IMG/VR virus record: IMGVR_UViG_3300042869_001157
Span: 2,598 to 66,597 of that record
Origin: a virus
DNA length: 64,000 nt
Reading direction: 5' to 3' (one strand)
A program made the position numbers and the translations under genes. This document shows positions 48,489 through 57,216 of this stretch, one piece after another. How positions within the stretch are numbered: the stretch's first letter is position 1; the number at the start of each line of letters is the position of its first letter. The notes under the pieces were generated by a model. The model searched no databases, was not told the origin of the DNA, and saw only the letters and a list, made by a program, of their open reading frames with translations.

Positions 48489-51197
48489 ATGAGCAATTTT
48501 CATTGGGATGATATCAACGTTAAGGTTGATGATTCTTGTCCTATTGCTACTAGCGATATTTCTGTCAATCTAAAGAACCGTCAGAAGGCAATTGATACTG
48601 CTGGTTATGGTCCGCTTAATCCAACGAAACCAAATAACGAATTTTGGGATGCTAAGGCAGAGCGTTGGAATGTTACTGCTGATGATGCACGTGATCAAAA
48701 GTGCGGTAACTGTGCTGCTTTTATTCAAACAAAGAGAATGCTTGATTGTATTGATAAAGGTTTAGGCAACGAGTCAGGCAATTCTGCTTGGGATGTTATT
48801 AATGCTGGTGATCTTGGTTATTGTGAGGCTTTCGATTTTAAGTGTGCCTCATCTCGTACTTGTGATACTTGGATCGTTGGTGGTCCTATTACTGAAGAGA
48901 AGGAAAATAATATGGAAGAGAAATCTCTTGAAGATATGTATTCGGAACTCTTGGCTATTGAAGAGAAGTCTTTAGAGGATACTTATTTGGAACTTTTGGC
49001 TATTGAAGAAAAGGCGGGCTTGATGGTTCCAGTTCGCCCTGACATTGAGGGCCTTAGACTTAGAAAACCCAAGTTTGAAAAAAGGCTTCGCCCCCGACCG
49101 CCACTACCTGGGCCTGGTCCTGGTGGCATGGGTAGGGGTAGATATAAGGCTGAGGAAGAAGATGAGCCTGAAGAGGACATGCTTTATGATGAAGAGTATG
49201 TAGGCGACGATGAAGATGATAAAGCAATGATGAGGCCTATGGGTGGCGGTGGTGGTGCTGCTAATAATCCTGGTAGTCCTCGTGCTGCTGACGAACGTCA
49301 ACGAGGTCGTCAGTTTATGAATTGGGCTAGTGGTCAATCGCCAAGTGGCAATAATGTTCATCCGACCTCTGTTGGCAATATGGATATCGGTGATTCTGGA
49401 CGAAGAAACGTTGCTAATAGCAGAATGACTGATCTTATGAGAAATAGGTCTTGGACGAACCCAAGTCCGCGCCCTCGTGTTCGTCCTGAACGTGGTCCTG
49501 GAAATCCCGGACCGGCGAAAAAACCGAATATTCAACCGGCCCCACTACCCTCACAAAACTACAAACCTAAAGATAAACCGAAGGATTGGGGTAGCGATAA
49601 TAACGCTCAACTAATTTCTGGTGGTATTCCACAGAAGTCGGCGTGGGATGAAGAAGCATATTATGAGTACGATTACGACTTCGATATGAAGAAGTTGCCG
49701 ATTCAAGGTTCTTCACCTAAGCCATACAAGGCTTCTGGGCCTTCTGCTGATGCTCGTGCTGGTGCTTCTGTTGCTAAAGATCGTGCAGGTCTTGCTGCTG
49801 CGGGAAGATATTTTGGCGACCCGCAGAAAGGTAAAGAAAGAATAAGAAGTTTTGGCAATACCGCTATTGGGGCGGCTGGTTCAGCATCGGGTGCCCCTAT
49901 GGGTGATAATAGGAATGGCACAATTCGTCCGAATCGCGGAGCAGGCAATCCTGGCAGACCCGCACCGCGACCTGTTCGTGGACCAGGGAAGGCCGCACCT
50001 ACTTCTTTTGGTGATTACTTGCGTGGCAATGACCTTGGTCAGTCTAAGGGTCGTAGTGCTGCTGTGGGTCGTCGTGGTGCTAGTATTCGTCAGGCGGCAT
50101 ATGATATTGCTGGTAGCGAAGGACCTAAGCGTGGGCCGTCTTCTGTTGATCGCCCTCAGCAACAAAAGCCAATGGCATTCAATCAGGCTGTCCCTCGTCA
50201 AGATAAGCCCTCACAAGGTTCACTGGGTAAGTTTGGTAAGCCGAAGACGTGGAGTGGTTCGCCTGGTGCTGGCGGCCCTCGCCAAAGTGTTAATCCTAAT
50301 ATTCGATCATTCGCAGGCAAGTCGTATGATGAAGGCTACGAGTATGATGAGTACGACGAGTACTTGTACCAGAAGTCTTACGATCAAGGCTATGACGAGT
50401 ACGACGAGTACGACGAGTACATTGATTTCAAGGGCATGACTGATGAGCAGGCTGCTGGTTTGCGTGCAGCAGGCAACTACTTCAGTGGCCGCAATGTCGG
50501 CGGTAGTTCATTTGGCTCCGCTGATACTATGGCATCACGTGGAGCAGTGCGTCGATCAGCAGCACTTCAAAATTTTGGTAGCGAAGGACCGAAGCGTGGT
50601 GCACCATCCAAGCCTAGACCCGCTATGAGGAATACCCCGAATAGAACGCGCCCGGGGAATGTTTCGCCTGGTGCTGGTGGTCCTCGCGGTCCTCGACCTG
50701 GTGCAAAACCAGCATCATCTGGCGGTGGCGGCGGCGGCTTCTATGGTGAAAGTCTTAGTTCTAGATGGGACAGATGGACCGGCAAGGGTTCTGATGAAGA
50801 AATGTATTGGGATGACGAAGATGAGATGGCGATTCCTCCAGACACCGATGATAAGGCAGCAAATCCTGGAAGTTACGAACAAGCAGCAGGACGTGAAAGA
50901 TTCCGACAGTTTGGTGATCACCTTAATGCTACGGATGTCGCTAAGGGCCCCCAGCGTGATGCAGAATCTGCAAAACGCAAAGCAGGTCTGAGTAAATACG
51001 TTGCAGGTTATAGTTCCGCAATGGGGACGGCTCAGACTTATGGTGGTAATAGAAGCGCCAGTAAACCACGGCCAATTCGTGGTCCAGGGAACACAGGGGC
51101 ACCAAAACCACCAAGACCAATTCGTGGACCTGGTAATCCTGGACGTACGACCAACGCTCCCCGTCCTGGAACACCTAATCCTAGACGATATGTCTGA
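48489..51197 (+). CDS. Cys-rich N-terminal domain followed by alternating acidic and Arg/Pro/Gly-rich low-complexity blocks
   Basis: CPIAT...KCGNCAAF...GYCEAFDFKCASSRTCDTW; RGPGNPG repeats; EEKSLED tandem repeat; YDEYDEY tracts. Confidence 0.75.
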   Translation: MSNFHWDDINVKVDDSCPIATSDISVNLKNRQKAIDTAGYGPLNPTKPNNEFWDAKAERWNVTADDARDQKCGNCAAFIQTKRMLDCIDKGLGNESGNSAWDVINAGDLGYCEAFDFKCASSRTCDTWIVGGPITEEKENNMEEKSLEDMYSELLAIEEKSLEDTYLELLAIEEKAGLMVPVRPDIEGLRLRKPKFEKRLRPRPPLPGPGPGGMGRGRYKAEEEDEPEEDMLYDEEYVGDDEDDKAMMRPMGGGGGAANNPGSPRAADERQRGRQFMNWASGQSPSGNNVHPTSVGNMDIGDSGRRNVANSRMTDLMRNRSWTNPSPRPRVRPERGPGNPGPAKKPNIQPAPLPSQNYKPKDKPKDWGSDNNAQLISGGIPQKSAWDEEAYYEYDYDFDMKKLPIQGSSPKPYKASGPSADARAGASVAKDRAGLAAAGRYFGDPQKGKERIRSFGNTAIGAAGSASGAPMGDNRNGTIRPNRGAGNPGRPAPRPVRGPGKAAPTSFGDYLRGNDLGQSKGRSAAVGRRGASIRQAAYDIAGSEGPKRGPSSVDRPQQQKPMAFNQAVPRQDKPSQGSLGKFGKPKTWSGSPGAGGPRQSVNPNIRSFAGKSYDEGYEYDEYDEYLYQKSYDQGYDEYDEYDEYIDFKGMTDEQAAGLRAAGNYFSGRNVGGSSFGSADTMASRGAVRRSAALQNFGSEGPKRGAPSKPRPAMRNTPNRTRPGNVSPGAGGPRGPRPGAKPASSGGGGGGFYGESLSSRWDRWTGKGSDEEMYWDDEDEMAIPPDTDDKAANPGSYEQAAGRERFRQFGDHLNATDVAKGPQRDAESAKRKAGLSKYVAGYSSAMGTAQTYGGNRSASKPRPIRGPGNTGAPKPPRPIRGPGNPGRTTNAPRPGTPNPRRYV

Positions 51198-52590
51198 TAA
51201 CTATCTTCATAATTGGGAAGTAAAAAAACTTCGTATCGCAGAATACGACGATCTTCCTGACGATTACATCATCGACGAAGATGGGAAAATGGTTGTTATG
51301 CCAACTGAAGAGTTGTATGACGACGGGTCTGAAGACGATGAAGAAGATTCTTCTGATGAAGAGGAGAAGGCTGCTTTTTCTGGTTCGGCAGATACTCGTG
51401 AACGTAGAGCAGTTTCTGATGAGTTTCGTCGTACCGGTAAGGGTCAGGGATACGACAAACTAACTACACCTAGCCAGGTTGCTGCTTATCGTTCGTCGTA
51501 TGGTTTGGGTCCAGCGAAGCCGGGTAGTGGTTCAAATCCACCTCCTGGACCTGCGCCGATGCCGAATCAAACACTGCCAATCAATCCAAGACGCAGACCA
51601 GCCCCCATGCCAGTAAACCGAGGCAGACAAACAAACGATCCAGGATTCAGAAGGCCCGCGCCCAATCAAAATCGTAGACCTGCACCCATGCCGACATACC
51701 GAGCAAACGAAACAAACGATCAAGGATTCATGAAATCCGCACAACAACCATTACGTGACCCCGACGGCGGGTTAACCGCTGCTGGTCGTAAACATTTCAA
51801 GGAGACAGAAGGTGCGAATCTTAAACCCGGTGTTAAAGGTGCGGCAGATACGCCAACCAAAATGCGTCGCAAAGGTTCTTTCTTGGTTAGGTTCTTTACG
51901 AATCCGCGTGGACCAATGGTTGATCCGAAAGGAAGACCGACTCGTCTCGCGTTATCAGCGCGAGCGTGGGGCGAACCCGTACCACGAAACTTGGAAGACG
52001 CAGCAAAACTTGCAGCAAAAGGACGTCGACTCCTAGATCGATATAGAAACAGCAAAGAAGAATCCAAAGGTCAGAAATCTTTTGAACAATTTGAATTATC
52101 TATGAAGCAGTTAAAGAGACCTCGCAATTCTAATGATGGAATGATCGAACCTGGCAACATCGATGTATCAAAGCGCCGTGCCGTAAAACTCCCAGGTGGA
52201 GATTATGGCACTGTTCGAAGCATGGGAATTACTGACAACGGAAAAGAAGTCCTCATTCCAACAATTGGTCCTCGTGGAGAAAATTGGAGCGGCCCCAAGG
52301 GTGAACAAAGTGCTCGGGATCACTATAAAAGAACTGGACAACATCTAGGTAAGTTCAATTCAATATCAGCGTCAAATGCGGCTGGGAAAAGACTTTCTAA
52401 CAATGAAGCAAACCGCATCAATAAACCGCGTAAGGCATACAACACAACCAGTGGAACAATGGATAGTCGTGAGCGAGCGAGTGCTGCAGAAGGACGAGAC
52501 ATAAATAGTAATCTTACCCGCCCTATTCGTGGTCCAGGGAACCCAGGAAGACCAAAAGCACCATCCATACGACCAAAGCCTAATAGATAA
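51190..52590 (+). CDS. Basic low-complexity protein with conserved small phage domains
   Basis: The likely start MSDNY at 51190 overlaps the upstream stop. DPDGGLTAAGRKHF...RKGSFLVRF...PTRLALSARAWG is DUF6321-like. Also GNIDV...GTVRSMGI..GKEVLIPTI...YKRTGQHLGKF. Confidence 0.7.
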   Translation: MSDNYLHNWEVKKLRIAEYDDLPDDYIIDEDGKMVVMPTEELYDDGSEDDEEDSSDEEEKAAFSGSADTRERRAVSDEFRRTGKGQGYDKLTTPSQVAAYRSSYGLGPAKPGSGSNPPPGPAPMPNQTLPINPRRRPAPMPVNRGRQTNDPGFRRPAPNQNRRPAPMPTYRANETNDQGFMKSAQQPLRDPDGGLTAAGRKHFKETEGANLKPGVKGAADTPTKMRRKGSFLVRFFTNPRGPMVDPKGRPTRLALSARAWGEPVPRNLEDAAKLAAKGRRLLDRYRNSKEESKGQKSFEQFELSMKQLKRPRNSNDGMIEPGNIDVSKRRAVKLPGGDYGTVRSMGITDNGKEVLIPTIGPRGENWSGPKGEQSARDHYKRTGQHLGKFNSISASNAAGKRLSNNEANRINKPRKAYNTTSGTMDSRERASAAEGRDINSNLTRPIRGPGNPGRPKAPSIRPKPNR

Positions 52591-52591
52591 C

Positions 52592-52996
52592 ATGATCAAT
52601 CCATACTGGTACACAGGAAAAGTTCTAGGAGTCGTAGATGGTGACACCGTTGACCTAATGGTCGACCTTGGTTTTAGTGTTCATCATAAGATTCGTGTTC
52701 GTCTCTATGGAATCAACACACCCGAATCACGCACTAAGGACGCAGCCGAAAAACAAATGGGTCTCAAAGCCAAAGAATTCACAAAAGATTGGCTACACAA
52801 CCACGAGACGGTTTTCATCAAAACCATCGTTGATAAGAACGAAAAGTACGGTCGTGTACTTGCCGAACTCTACTCATCGGGCGACATCGAATCACCAACA
52901 ACCGCATGCCTCAACAAAGACATCGTTGGCGCAGGATATGCACGCGAATACTTCGGTGTTGGCGACAAGACATGGACTGAATTCAAAACCAAATAA
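52592..52996 (+). CDS. Thermonuclease (SNase-like) family nuclease
   Basis: VVDGDTVD, RVRLYGINTPE and KYGRVLA are the SNase catalytic motifs. Confidence 0.9.
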   Translation: MINPYWYTGKVLGVVDGDTVDLMVDLGFSVHHKIRVRLYGINTPESRTKDAAEKQMGLKAKEFTKDWLHNHETVFIKTIVDKNEKYGRVLAELYSSGDIESPTTACLNKDIVGAGYAREYFGVGDKTWTEFKTK

Positions 52997-53038
52997 AAGT
53001 TTGAGTTAAACAAAACTTACTTACTGAAGGAAAATAAA

Positions 53039-53746
53039 ATGGCAGCACAAAAAGGTATTGGAGTTGTTTTTCATTGCTCAGACTGTGACCCCTATGAAGT
53101 GAGGTCTTACGGTTGGGGTGGTGAATGGCCAGGTTCGGACTGCGGTTATCACGCACTTACCGAAAACGCCAGAAAGTACATCCACGCTCATCCTGAAGAG
53201 AACCACACGTTTGAAGACATGATTGCCATGGAGGTGGGAGACGAAGTACTACCAGTACTCATTGATTTAGGAAATAAAATAGAATCAGGCTATGAAATAG
53301 TAAAAGATGGCGTAATCGATGCCTACCATTGGGTGGATGAAAACGGTTGCAACATAGCAGTGACTGCAGCAATCTCGGCTGGGGTTATTGCCTATTTTAC
53401 GCCAGCACAACCCGCAGGTGCAGCAACATCAACCACTCTATCAATTATGGCACAGCCGCTTCTTTATGTTGCAGATATGGCAACCAAGGCAGTGGCAGTA
53501 GCGGCAATGAGCGAAATCATAACGGAAGGATTTTTACTAATACCATTCGTTAGTGAGAGTATTGACCACACGCTATTAAAAAACATAATCTCAAACTGTT
53601 TAGCCAAAAGTTTAGATTCAGCAGCATTATGGGCAACGCCAGCGGGTGTTGGTATTGCAATCGGAGCAGCAGTTGCACCTGTTATCGCAGATTTGATATG
53701 CAAAAAAACTTGTCCTGAAGGATTTACTAAAGCGTTTAATGCGTAA
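53039..53746 (+). CDS. Hypothetical protein with a hydrophobic C-terminal half
   Basis: 235-aa ORF with RBS AAGGA and several Ala/Ile-rich helices. Confidence 0.7.
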   Translation: MAAQKGIGVVFHCSDCDPYEVRSYGWGGEWPGSDCGYHALTENARKYIHAHPEENHTFEDMIAMEVGDEVLPVLIDLGNKIESGYEIVKDGVIDAYHWVDENGCNIAVTAAISAGVIAYFTPAQPAGAATSTTLSIMAQPLLYVADMATKAVAVAAMSEIITEGFLLIPFVSESIDHTLLKNIISNCLAKSLDSAALWATPAGVGIAIGAAVAPVIADLICKKTCPEGFTKAFNA

Positions 53747-53767
53747 TGCAGAATACGGAGCCTGTAA

Positions 53768-54013
53768 ATGAAAGTTTGGATTGACCAAGATTTATGTACC
53801 GGGGACGGTTTATGCGCGGAGATAGCCCCAGATGTATTCGTAATGATGTCGGATGGTCTTGCCTATGTGCAAGAGAGCGGAAAGATTTATGCGGCAGCAG
53901 CGGGCAATTTAGAGGGTTCCGCTGGCCTGGCTTCTTTCTCAGACGACAGAATAGATGATGTTGTTGAGGCTGCCGAGGATTGTCCTGGGGAATGCATTTT
54001 TATAGAACCCTAA
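53768..54013 (+). CDS. Ferredoxin, single-cluster actinobacterial type
   Basis: MKVWIDQDLCTGDGLCAEIAPDVF...AAEDCPGECI gives CxxDxxC...CP ligation. Confidence 0.92.
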   Translation: MKVWIDQDLCTGDGLCAEIAPDVFVMMSDGLAYVQESGKIYAAAAGNLEGSAGLASFSDDRIDDVVEAAEDCPGECIFIEP

Positions 54014-54040
54014 GTTTCGGTTGAATTATCTTTTAATAGG

Positions 54041-54069
54041 TTGACAACTGGGCAATCAGCGGGTAGGTT
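54041..54069 (+). promoter_or_regulatory. Sigma70-type promoter, probably driving a leaderless transcript
   Basis: TTGACA at 54041-54046, a 17-nt spacer, TAGGTT at 54064-54069, and ATG at 54077 with no Shine-Dalgarno sequence. Confidence 0.65.
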
Positions 54070-54076
54070 AATCACC

Positions 54077-54460
54077 ATGACCGACACCACAGTAAGCAAA
54101 TCAAAAAAGAAGTACCCCACGCTTTGCGTTCGTATTAATACTACATTACGCTCCCACCTCGACAATGCGGCATTGGTGCATGACATCACAAGAGGTGAGG
54201 TTGTCCGTCGGATACTTTCCGAACACTTTAGTAATCCAACATTCGTGACCCGTGATCGCGACTCGCGCGGGTCACGTATTCCAGCAGGCTATCCAAACGC
54301 AGGACAATTTACAGAAACGCCCGACACTAAGCAAGGTCCTTCAGGTCCCTTTACGGACTTGTCCCTATTTGCAAAGGGCGCCAACGGACCAGCAGGTCCC
54401 TTTACAGATTTGTTCTCAACTGAGAAAGGCTTTACTCAACAAGGAACAACGGGTCCATGA
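54077..54460 (+). CDS. Ribbon-helix-helix-like DNA-binding protein with short C-terminal GPFTDL repeats
   Basis: TLCVRINTTLRSHLDNAA..HDITRGEVVRRIL resembles RHH. GPSGPFTDL and GPAGPFTDL repeats follow. Confidence 0.6.
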   Translation: MTDTTVSKSKKKYPTLCVRINTTLRSHLDNAALVHDITRGEVVRRILSEHFSNPTFVTRDRDSRGSRIPAGYPNAGQFTETPDTKQGPSGPFTDLSLFAKGANGPAGPFTDLFSTEKGFTQQGTTGP

Positions 54461-54771
54461 AACGCCTCATATGCCAATCAAAAAGAAAAGACGGGAACCA
54501 ATGCAAAGGAAATGCAATGGGAGCCACTTACTTCTGCTACGTGCATCAAGACTCCAGAGACCCAATAACGTACAGAGACCCAATGATAGAAGCATTTCGC
54601 GAAATGAATAACTCAATAACATCCCTTATTGACTGGCACTACCGCACAGGCGGAGACATCTCTAGATATTTCGGAAACTACACCCCACCCCCAGGGAAAA
54701 ACCCCTACCGCAAACGACCAAATTCAAACAAACGCTACACACCCCCAATGAGAAAGAAATATCATGACTAA
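54457..54771 (+). CDS. Hypothetical protein with an N-terminal C-C-C-H zinc-finger-like motif
   Basis: CQSKRKDGNQCKGNA....FCYVH; ATGA overlap with the upstream gene. Confidence 0.6.
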   Translation: MKRLICQSKRKDGNQCKGNAMGATYFCYVHQDSRDPITYRDPMIEAFREMNNSITSLIDWHYRTGGDISRYFGNYTPPPGKNPYRKRPNSNKRYTPPMRKKYHD

Positions 54772-54985
54772 CAGAGACACCCACGACATCCTTGCTTACG
54801 AACAAGAACAACAAAATAGCGGAATCAACATTCAAATCAACACTCTAATTGATGCAATGATTGATGCAGAGAAATGTTTGTTTCATAATAGTGACGCAAA
54901 CCTCATGACGAACTCACTTGAAAATTCTGAAATCATAATCAAAGACCCATTCATCTGGCGTGGATGCCACCCCATTACGTCATAA
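54764..54985 (+). CDS. Hypothetical protein
   Basis: 73-aa ORF coupled to the upstream gene. Confidence 0.5.
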   Translation: MTNRDTHDILAYEQEQQNSGINIQINTLIDAMIDAEKCLFHNSDANLMTNSLENSEIIIKDPFIWRGCHPITS

Positions 54986-55017
54986 AATATTGGTTAATAA
55001 AATTTTTCTATAGAGCA

Positions 55018-55500
55018 TTAGTCATTGGTCGTTTTATATTTATTTCTTCTGCGTATATTAATTTTATTTCTATTGTTTTTATGATACTCATTGCTTGCTT
55101 TATTAGAACAATATTTGCACACCCTATGTCCACTGCTCCTATGATAAGTATTTTCAATGGAGTATTCGCGTGAACATGTTCCACAATGTGTTTTTACTTG
55201 ATTTCGATGTCTTTTTTTCCCAATCATGTCATCGACATTTCCTTGATTATCAGAAACAAATAAATGACTTGGATTTACACATGATGGATTATCGCATGAA
55301 TGGCAAACAAAAATATCACTGAATATTTCCCCATTAAGTAATGACCATGAGATACGAGATGCCGTGACTGTCTTCCCATTTAATTTAAAATTACCGTATC
55401 CACGAGAATTTTTTCCAGCAATCCATTCCCAGCATTCACTTTCTGTTTTTTTATCTACTTTTGCCCAAAATCTTTTTAGTTGTTCATCTGTAAGTTTCAT
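55018..55500 (-). CDS. HNH homing endonuclease
   Basis: RFWAKVDK..ECWEW...GYGNF...ASRISW...VCHSCDNPSCVNPSHL...N, plus a C-terminal Cys finger. Confidence 0.9.
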   Translation of the reverse strand: MKLTDEQLKRFWAKVDKKTESECWEWIAGKNSRGYGNFKLNGKTVTASRISWSLLNGEIFSDIFVCHSCDNPSCVNPSHLFVSDNQGNVDDMIGKKRHRNQVKTHCGTCSREYSIENTYHRSSGHRVCKYCSNKASNEYHKNNRNKINIRRRNKYKTTND

Positions 55501-55991
55501 TTGATTTCTTTAGTGTCCGTGTGGAAACTTTCTGTTGTGTGAATTTTAATTTTTGTAAAAATTCTACGTTTTCTTTCAGCATCACGTTTGCAAGACCTAC
55601 AAACACGAGTAATCCCGCGGCCTTTTCGATCCCGAAGAAATGTATTTTCTTGATTAAACTCATGCCCATTTTTACAATGTGTTTTTGACTGTTCAAAATG
55701 ACGCATTTCACGAACGGATTGCTTCATATTGTCACTGCTTGTTCCGGCGTAAAGGTGATTTGGGTTTATACAGGGAGGGTTGTTGCATGTGTGACAAATC
55801 ATAAGTCCGTCTGGTATTTCACCCTTGTGGATTATGTAACTAATTCGGTGCGTTGATTTGGCAATTTTATTTAGAGCAAACTGCCCATATCCCTTACTGC
55901 TTGTTGCCGCCGTCCATTCCCAGCATCCGTTATCCGCTTCTTTATTTACTTTTGCCCAAAACTTTTTTGATTGTTCTTCTGTAAGTTCCAT
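55497..55991 (-). CDS. HNH homing endonuclease, paralog of the adjacent gene
   Basis: FWAKVNK...CWEW...GYGQF...HRISY...ICHTCNNPPCINPNHL...KTHCKNGHEF...CRSC. Confidence 0.9.
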   Translation of the reverse strand: MELTEEQSKKFWAKVNKEADNGCWEWTAATSSKGYGQFALNKIAKSTHRISYIIHKGEIPDGLMICHTCNNPPCINPNHLYAGTSSDNMKQSVREMRHFEQSKTHCKNGHEFNQENTFLRDRKGRGITRVCRSCKRDAERKRRIFTKIKIHTTESFHTDTKEIK

Positions 55992-56024
55992 GTTTCCCTC
56001 TATGGTGTTTTGAGTTACTTCAAC

Positions 56025-56666
56025 TTATTCCGTATCAATTATGTCAATACCATACTCATACCTATCATCGTCTGAGGTGCGCCATTTATCAGCGTCCTCC
56101 ACATCCCACAGGCGAGTGTTAATGAGTCTTTCGATGAGTGTTCCGTCTTTGGTGGTGAACGACGGGTCAAACAGTCTTACCCTGTTGTTGGGTTGGATAG
56201 CGAAGTTGCCGTCGTTCCTGAGGATTACATGGCCGCATTTGTGTTGACCGGGGTTTTCGCTGAAACCTGCGTTGATTTGGTTGGCATCAGGGGAGTGCCA
56301 GTCAAGAGTGAATAGGTATTTGCCGTTAACAAATTCGCCTGACCGAGCAACATAGGTCATTCGCATATGGCGCATTGCTTCAAACTCTGTAACAGAGATT
56401 TGTGAACTAAAAGAGTTCCACAGAACTAAATCATGAATATCTACTTCGGGTACACCTGGTTCGGCACAAAACGCTGAAATGGGCATTCTCCACCAAACAG
56501 CACCATCTTCCATCAAGAAATGAAATAACGGTGACCGACCCTGCATTGAGGCCACGCCAAAAATCATGCAAGGAAAATATTGGTCGTGTGAGTCAACCTG
56601 GTTACGAAGATAGTTACCTCGTACATAACATTCGATTGCAGGTATGTTTGCGTTTAGTTCGGGCAT
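56025..56666 (-). CDS. Conserved phage hypothetical protein
   Basis: MPELNANIPAIECYVR...GAVWWRMPISAF...HKCGHV...GNFAIQPNNR resembles a family I recall from large aquatic phages. RBS AGGAG precedes the ATG at 56666. Confidence 0.7.
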   Translation of the reverse strand: MPELNANIPAIECYVRGNYLRNQVDSHDQYFPCMIFGVASMQGRSPLFHFLMEDGAVWWRMPISAFCAEPGVPEVDIHDLVLWNSFSSQISVTEFEAMRHMRMTYVARSGEFVNGKYLFTLDWHSPDANQINAGFSENPGQHKCGHVILRNDGNFAIQPNNRVRLFDPSFTTKDGTLIERLINTRLWDVEDADKWRTSDDDRYEYGIDIIDTE

Positions 56667-56709
56667 TTTTATTACTCCTTTATTGACATTGCTATATCTT
56701 TTGAAATAA

Positions 56710-57216
56710 CTATTTGTGTGCACTCCAACGAACATCATTATTGACTGTATTCACTAGCACATTTTTGAAATTGTTGCGCTCTAAGGTCCATCGCATATCG
56801 CGAGCACCAATATTTGCATAGTATTCCCAATCACGAATTGGGTTTTCATCAATTGCGGAATGAGGGAATCTGCCTTCACCGGCAGCAGTGCCAATGAAGA
56901 TTCCGCCTGGTTTCAAGTTTTTGTAAGTCATTTCTACGATTCTTCGCCACTCTTGAGCATGTTCGAAAACTTCGCAGCAAACAATTATGTCTACTGGTTC
57001 TGGGGCTAGCCAATATGCGGAATCCGCTATTAGGTCAACGCCAGGGCCTGTTTGTATATCAACGCCACAGTAGTTTTCGGCATCATTGAAAATTGTTCTA
57101 ATAGTGCCGTTAATGTTTAGGCTACCAATTTCAATAACTCTATAGTTATCGTTCGGGTGAACTTCTTTCCATTTTTTGAATGAACTTTCTACCCAGTCAA
57201 ATACTTCAGCGTGCAT
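56710..57216 (-). CDS. Class I SAM-dependent methyltransferase
   Basis: VIEIGS..ING, GVDIQTGPGVD, DIIVCCEVFEH and LKPGG. Confidence 0.85.
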   Translation of the reverse strand: MHAEVFDWVESSFKKWKEVHPNDNYRVIEIGSLNINGTIRTIFNDAENYCGVDIQTGPGVDLIADSAYWLAPEPVDIIVCCEVFEHAQEWRRIVEMTYKNLKPGGIFIGTAAGEGRFPHSAIDENPIRDWEYYANIGARDMRWTLERNNFKNVLVNTVNNDVRWSAHK

